Of a stretch of 60,179 nucleotides of DNA, positions 56,661 to 60,179 are shown one piece after another. The position numbers were made by a program, and so were the translations under genes. The notes beneath the pieces are model-generated. The model was given only the letters and a program-made list of their open reading frames with translations. It searched no databases and had not been told where the DNA came from. The stretch lies in IMG/VR virus record IMGVR_UViG_3300031857_000191, positions 1-60,179 of that record. One strand, written 5' to 3'. Positions within the stretch are counted from its first letter, which is position 1. The number at the start of each line of letters is the position of its first letter. This stretch comes from a virus (lineage: Duplodnaviria; Caudoviricetes).

Positions 56661-57118
56661 TATTCAGGTTTTACAAGTTTAAAGAAAGTAACATAAACTC
56701 CTTCTGATTCTACATTTTCAAAATCAACGAGTTTAAATTCTTTATGTTCTAATTCTTTTTCTTCTTGTAAAAGTGTATTGAAGTCATTTTGAAATTCTAC
56801 AAACTTTGGATTTACTTCTCTGCTTGTTATTTCACCTTCTTCATTAGTAACAACGTTGATATACATTGGAATACTGATATTACCAGTTTCGTCAGTTTCA
56901 CCGTGTTTTTTAATTAATTCTTCTTTAAGTTTCTCAACAGATTCTTTTTCAGTTGTTACTTTTTTAGCTAAATCTGATAACCAATATTTAGTTGATAACT
57001 TAATTTTTTCAGTTAGTAAGCCTTTAGAAAGTACTTCACCAGTCTGATTATTCACAACACCATTAAGTTCAGCTTCTAAAGCATAAAACTCATGTAATTT
57101 TAATGTAACTTTTTCCAT
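56660..57118 (-). CDS. Helical hypothetical phage protein
   Basis: KLS.KYWL..L...LIKKHG pattern; stop/start coupled to the next gene. Confidence 0.6.
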   Translation of the reverse strand: MEKVTLKLHEFYALEAELNGVVNNQTGEVLSKGLLTEKIKLSTKYWLSDLAKKVTTEKESVEKLKEELIKKHGETDETGNISIPMYINVVTNEEGEITSREVNPKFVEFQNDFNTLLQEEKELEHKEFKLVDFENVESEGVYVTFFKLVKPE

Positions 57119-57123
57119 ATATA

Positions 57124-57351
57124 TTATTTAGATTTTTTCGCTGGTTTTTTAACATCTTTTTTTGCAGGTGCTTTTTTAGCTACTGGTTTTTTCTCAGTTG
57201 GTTTTTTAGCTATCTCCGCCATAATAGTTGGTGGTGGAGTTGATTCAGGAGCTAACTCTTCAACATGATTTACTGATGTTTCTTTTTTCTTGTTGTTAAT
57301 AACAAATGCTACTACTACAGCAGCAATTAATAAGATAATAATTAAAGCCAT
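57124..57351 (-). CDS. Membrane-anchored protein with Lys/Ala/Pro-rich tail
   Basis: N-terminal TM helix; KKPVAKKAPAKK tail. Confidence 0.6.
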   Translation of the reverse strand: MALIIILLIAAVVVAFVINNKKKETSVNHVEELAPESTPPPTIMAEIAKKPTEKKPVAKKAPAKKDVKKPAKKSK

Positions 57352-57377
57352 TTTATTTAATTTTTGTTTTATATATA

Positions 57378-57409
57378 TAAATATATAGTAAGTTTAGAAA
57401 ACAACCAAA
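57378..57409 (-). promoter_or_regulatory. Bacteroidota-type promoter overlapping an ATATTTAT motif
   Basis: TTTG-N20-TATATTTA. Confidence 0.65.
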
Positions 57410-57434
57410 TTTATTTTTATATTATGTAAATATT

Positions 57435-57710
57435 TTAAGGTTTTGGGTTATTATCTTTTACTTCTTTAACAGCGGCGAACCACTCACTTGTTTTAGCATT
57501 ATTACCAAAAAGACCATTATTAATATCATGCCATAATAAATCTAATTGTTCTCCTATTTTAGGATATTCTTTTGCTTTTTTATCCTTACACTGATTTTCT
57601 AATATTTTTATTAAGTCTCCTTCAGGTAAATTCCATTCAATAGTTTTATCAGTGATAAACTGTTCTTTGTTTTCTGCTTCTAAATAATAATTGTATGCTG
57701 TTTTTTCCAT
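57435..57710 (-). CDS. Tail-fibre-associated small protein
   Basis: EYP.IGEQLDLLWHD...W...VK...PK motif; directly after the fibre gene. Confidence 0.6.
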   Translation of the reverse strand: MEKTAYNYYLEAENKEQFITDKTIEWNLPEGDLIKILENQCKDKKAKEYPKIGEQLDLLWHDINNGLFGNNAKTSEWFAAVKEVKDNNPKP

Positions 57711-57721
57711 TTTAATTTATT

Positions 57722-60179
57722 TTAATATATTGCTACACCACCCCATCTATTGTACATTACATTACCAGTGCTGCTACCATATCGGTTATTAACCACCCAG
57801 TAAACATCTCCCACTCTACCATTAGCAACCATCCAGAAGTGATTTGGATCTGTTCCTCCATCAGGGTTATATTCATAAAGAATATTATCATTTACTGTTG
57901 TTCCATTTGTTATTTGCATTACACCACCTGTAGAACCGTGGGAATTAGGGAAATAAGCAGTACCTGTATTACCATCTGAACTATTAAAAGTTCCTGTGAA
58001 TTGGGTAGAGTTATATTTGTTTGTAAATATTAAATTGTATTGTGTTGTGGTTGGTCCTGTAAATGCAACCCAGTTAAAATAAGAAGCTCCTGTAATACCA
58101 CCCGCAGCGCTACCTCCTGTTCTTGCAAAAACAGCTAATTTTGTTACTCCATAATTTGATATCATTGCAGTTGGGCTAATTTGATATTCAGTATCCCATC
58201 CTGCTGTTGATATTGTTGAACTAGCAAAGCTTGTATTACTAGGACCAGTTTCAGCTCCTGTAAAATATTGATTGAATATTATTGCATATCCAACACCACC
58301 ATCCATTGTAAAATCACAATAACATTGGAAAGCATTACCACTATTAACATTTGGTATTTGTAACCAGTAAACTCCACTTGTTGGATTACCTACTATTTGT
58401 TTAATAGCTTTAGCTGATGTAGCTGGAGAAGATGAGGTTGAACCATCACCACTTCCTCCTACATTCACCCAAACAGTACCATTATAGAATTCTGTTCTAG
58501 TTGTTGATGTATTAAATCTACCCATACCTGCTGTAGGAGAGGATGGTCTTTGTGCTGTAGTTCCGTTTGGTAAACGTATTGCATCTGTTCTTGATCCTAC
58601 ATCTAAAGAACATCCTGGGGATGTAGTACCTATACCAACATTACCATTAGGAAACCATTGATTTGTTGTATTAAACTGTAATCTATTTAAATCAGCATAA
58701 TAAAATGATAATAAATCATCTGTTGGGTTGTTTGTTAATATAAAGTCTCTTTCTTCGTTTGTAAGTCTTAACCTAACAGCGTTTTGACCAGTATTTTGAA
58801 CCATTAATGTTGTATCAGTTGCTCCTCCATTAACATGTAATTTGTAGCCTGGGGATGTAGTACCTATGCCAAGATTACCATTACTATCAATACGAGCTCT
58901 TTCTGAGTTTGCTATTAGAAATTGAATAGCAGATGCACCCCCTAAATGTGTATTCCATGAACTTGTAAAATCACCTACTCTAATAATATTATTAGAGTTC
59001 ATTCCAATTAAATCTTGAGGAGTTGCTGAACCACCACTAAATCTAGCTCTATAATAATTTCCATTTGGAATTACAATATTACCACCTACAACTTCTAATT
59101 TCTCACCTGGTGATGTAGTTCCTATTCCTATATTATCAGCGACAGTTATAGTGCCTGAGTTGGCATAGAAATATCCTTCAGAACCTGTTATGGATTTCTC
59201 ATTAGTTCCTGTTCCAGGAGTTCCTATGGTATTAACAACAGCAAATCCACTGTCAGTACCATTGTATGCTTGCCACTGAAATGTTGTATTTGATCCTCCG
59301 TAATCACTACCATAACGAACTTGCATCCATACCTGACATTGTCCACAACCGCCTGTCATTCTTGCTCTCACTTGAATAACCATTGCATTGTAAGTATTTC
59401 GTTGCCATTGTATAAAAGGTAAAGAACAAGTATTTGATACAGTGATTTCACCTTCTTCTTCTGAAGTATTAGTTCCGATACGATAATAAATCTTATCTGT
59501 TGTAAATGCACCGCATGTACCTAAATGTATCCATACAGTGCCAAATGAAACAGAGTTAGGAATTGATAATACATTATTACCATATCCATAAATTCTTTCG
59601 TGTTGACTTGTTCCAACTAGTGAAAAATTTCTAGAGGGTGATGTAGTACCTATACCTACATTACCTCCAAAATAAGCAGCATGTGTATTACCTCCTACTC
59701 TAACATCTAAAGAAAAACCAGAAGTGGGAGAGGAATTGTTAATACCAACCTGACCTCCTGATGTTGAAAATAAAGTGTTGCTAAAGTATGTGTTACCACT
59801 GACTCTAGTGGCACCAACAATATCTAATTTATATGCTGGAGATGTAGTACCTATGCCTACGTCACCTCCACTTGTTATACGCATTGCCTCAGACTCATTA
59901 GTACGGAAAATCATTGCTCTAACAGAAGAAGTATTATCATAATCAATAAATCCTCTATTGTTTCCTGATGTAGTACCAAAAATTAATCTTGATAATCCTG
60001 TACTTCCTGCTGTAATGTTTATTGATGTATTTCCTGATGTAGATACATCTAAATTACCAAGAGGTGATGTAGTACCTATACCAACACTACCCGCGGCGTT
60101 AATACGCAAAGCTTCTGTCATGGTATTAGATGTATTATTCACAGCTATAGCAAATTGAGTACCTGTTGTTGAAGCATAA
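57722..60179 (-). CDS. Tail fibre, 3' part (frame stays open to the window end) with C-terminal fibrinogen-like domain
   Basis: Six GIGTTSP repeats; LPNGTTAQRP motif; SGVYWL...CYCDFTMDGG. Confidence 0.85.
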   Translation of the reverse strand, partial: YASTTGTQFAIAVNNTSNTMTEALRINAAGSVGIGTTSPLGNLDVSTSGNTSINITAGSTGLSRLIFGTTSGNNRGFIDYDNTSSVRAMIFRTNESEAMRITSGGDVGIGTTSPAYKLDIVGATRVSGNTYFSNTLFSTSGGQVGINNSSPTSGFSLDVRVGGNTHAAYFGGNVGIGTTSPSRNFSLVGTSQHERIYGYGNNVLSIPNSVSFGTVWIHLGTCGAFTTDKIYYRIGTNTSEEEGEITVSNTCSLPFIQWQRNTYNAMVIQVRARMTGGCGQCQVWMQVRYGSDYGGSNTTFQWQAYNGTDSGFAVVNTIGTPGTGTNEKSITGSEGYFYANSGTITVADNIGIGTTSPGEKLEVVGGNIVIPNGNYYRARFSGGSATPQDLIGMNSNNIIRVGDFTSSWNTHLGGASAIQFLIANSERARIDSNGNLGIGTTSPGYKLHVNGGATDTTLMVQNTGQNAVRLRLTNEERDFILTNNPTDDLLSFYYADLNRLQFNTTNQWFPNGNVGIGTTSPGCSLDVGSRTDAIRLPNGTTAQRPSSPTAGMGRFNTSTTRTEFYNGTVWVNVGGSGDGSTSSSPATSAKAIKQIVGNPTSGVYWLQIPNVNSGNAFQCYCDFTMDGGVGYAIIFNQYFTGAETGPSNTSFASSTISTAGWDTEYQISPTAMISNYGVTKLAVFARTGGSAAGGITGASYFNWVAFTGPTTTQYNLIFTNKYNSTQFTGTFNSSDGNTGTAYFPNSHGSTGGVMQITNGTTVNDNILYEYNPDGGTDPNHFWMVANGRVGDVYWVVNNRYGSSTGNVMYNRWGGVAIY

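Noticed and set aside
1034-60158. Other plus-strand ORFs and short nested minus-strand ORFs in the track (e.g. 9500..9781, 16185..16526, 19913..20098, 50848..51177)
   Set aside because: They lie inside well-supported minus-strand genes and show no recognisable motifs.
57722-60179. Diversity-generating retroelement target in the tail fibre or lectin gene
   Set aside because: No reverse transcriptase and no adenine-variant repeat pair noticed in this window.

Overview
Fragment of a large, AT-rich, lytic contractile-tailed (T4-like module) phage genome; all supported genes lie on the minus strand and read through in the standard code. Repeated TTTG-N20-TATATTTA promoters, a YALAA-ending tmRNA tag and D-S/T-x-rich lipoproteins point to a Bacteroidota host (inference). 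In transcription order (high to low coordinates): tail fibre, sheath, tube, frameshifted tail chaperone, tape measure and baseplate genes ending in a 1284-aa mucin-like Thr/Pro/Ser protein; replication genes (compact PolA-like, GIY-YIG endonuclease, gp32, UvsX, RNase H, helicase, NrdJ); a 7-deazaguanine (preQ0) cluster with a TGT/DpdA-like gene; a glycosylation cluster (two GT60-like polypeptide GlcNAc transferases, HtrL-like GTs, carbamoyltransferase, methyltransferase fusion); PolB, clamp, Hsp20, GroES/EL; an RNA array of 6 tRNAs and a tmRNA; and an operon of secreted cohesin/dockerin/C-type-lectin proteins and lipoproteins. The most striking observations are (1) seven unexplained structured RNA units tiled between the tRNAs, two of them identical tRNA scaffolds with different inserts, (2) a candidate phage mucin-type O-glycosylation system, and (3) a candidate phage-encoded host-surface adhesin/secretion operon. 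Family assignments are by motif recognition only; no searches were run.
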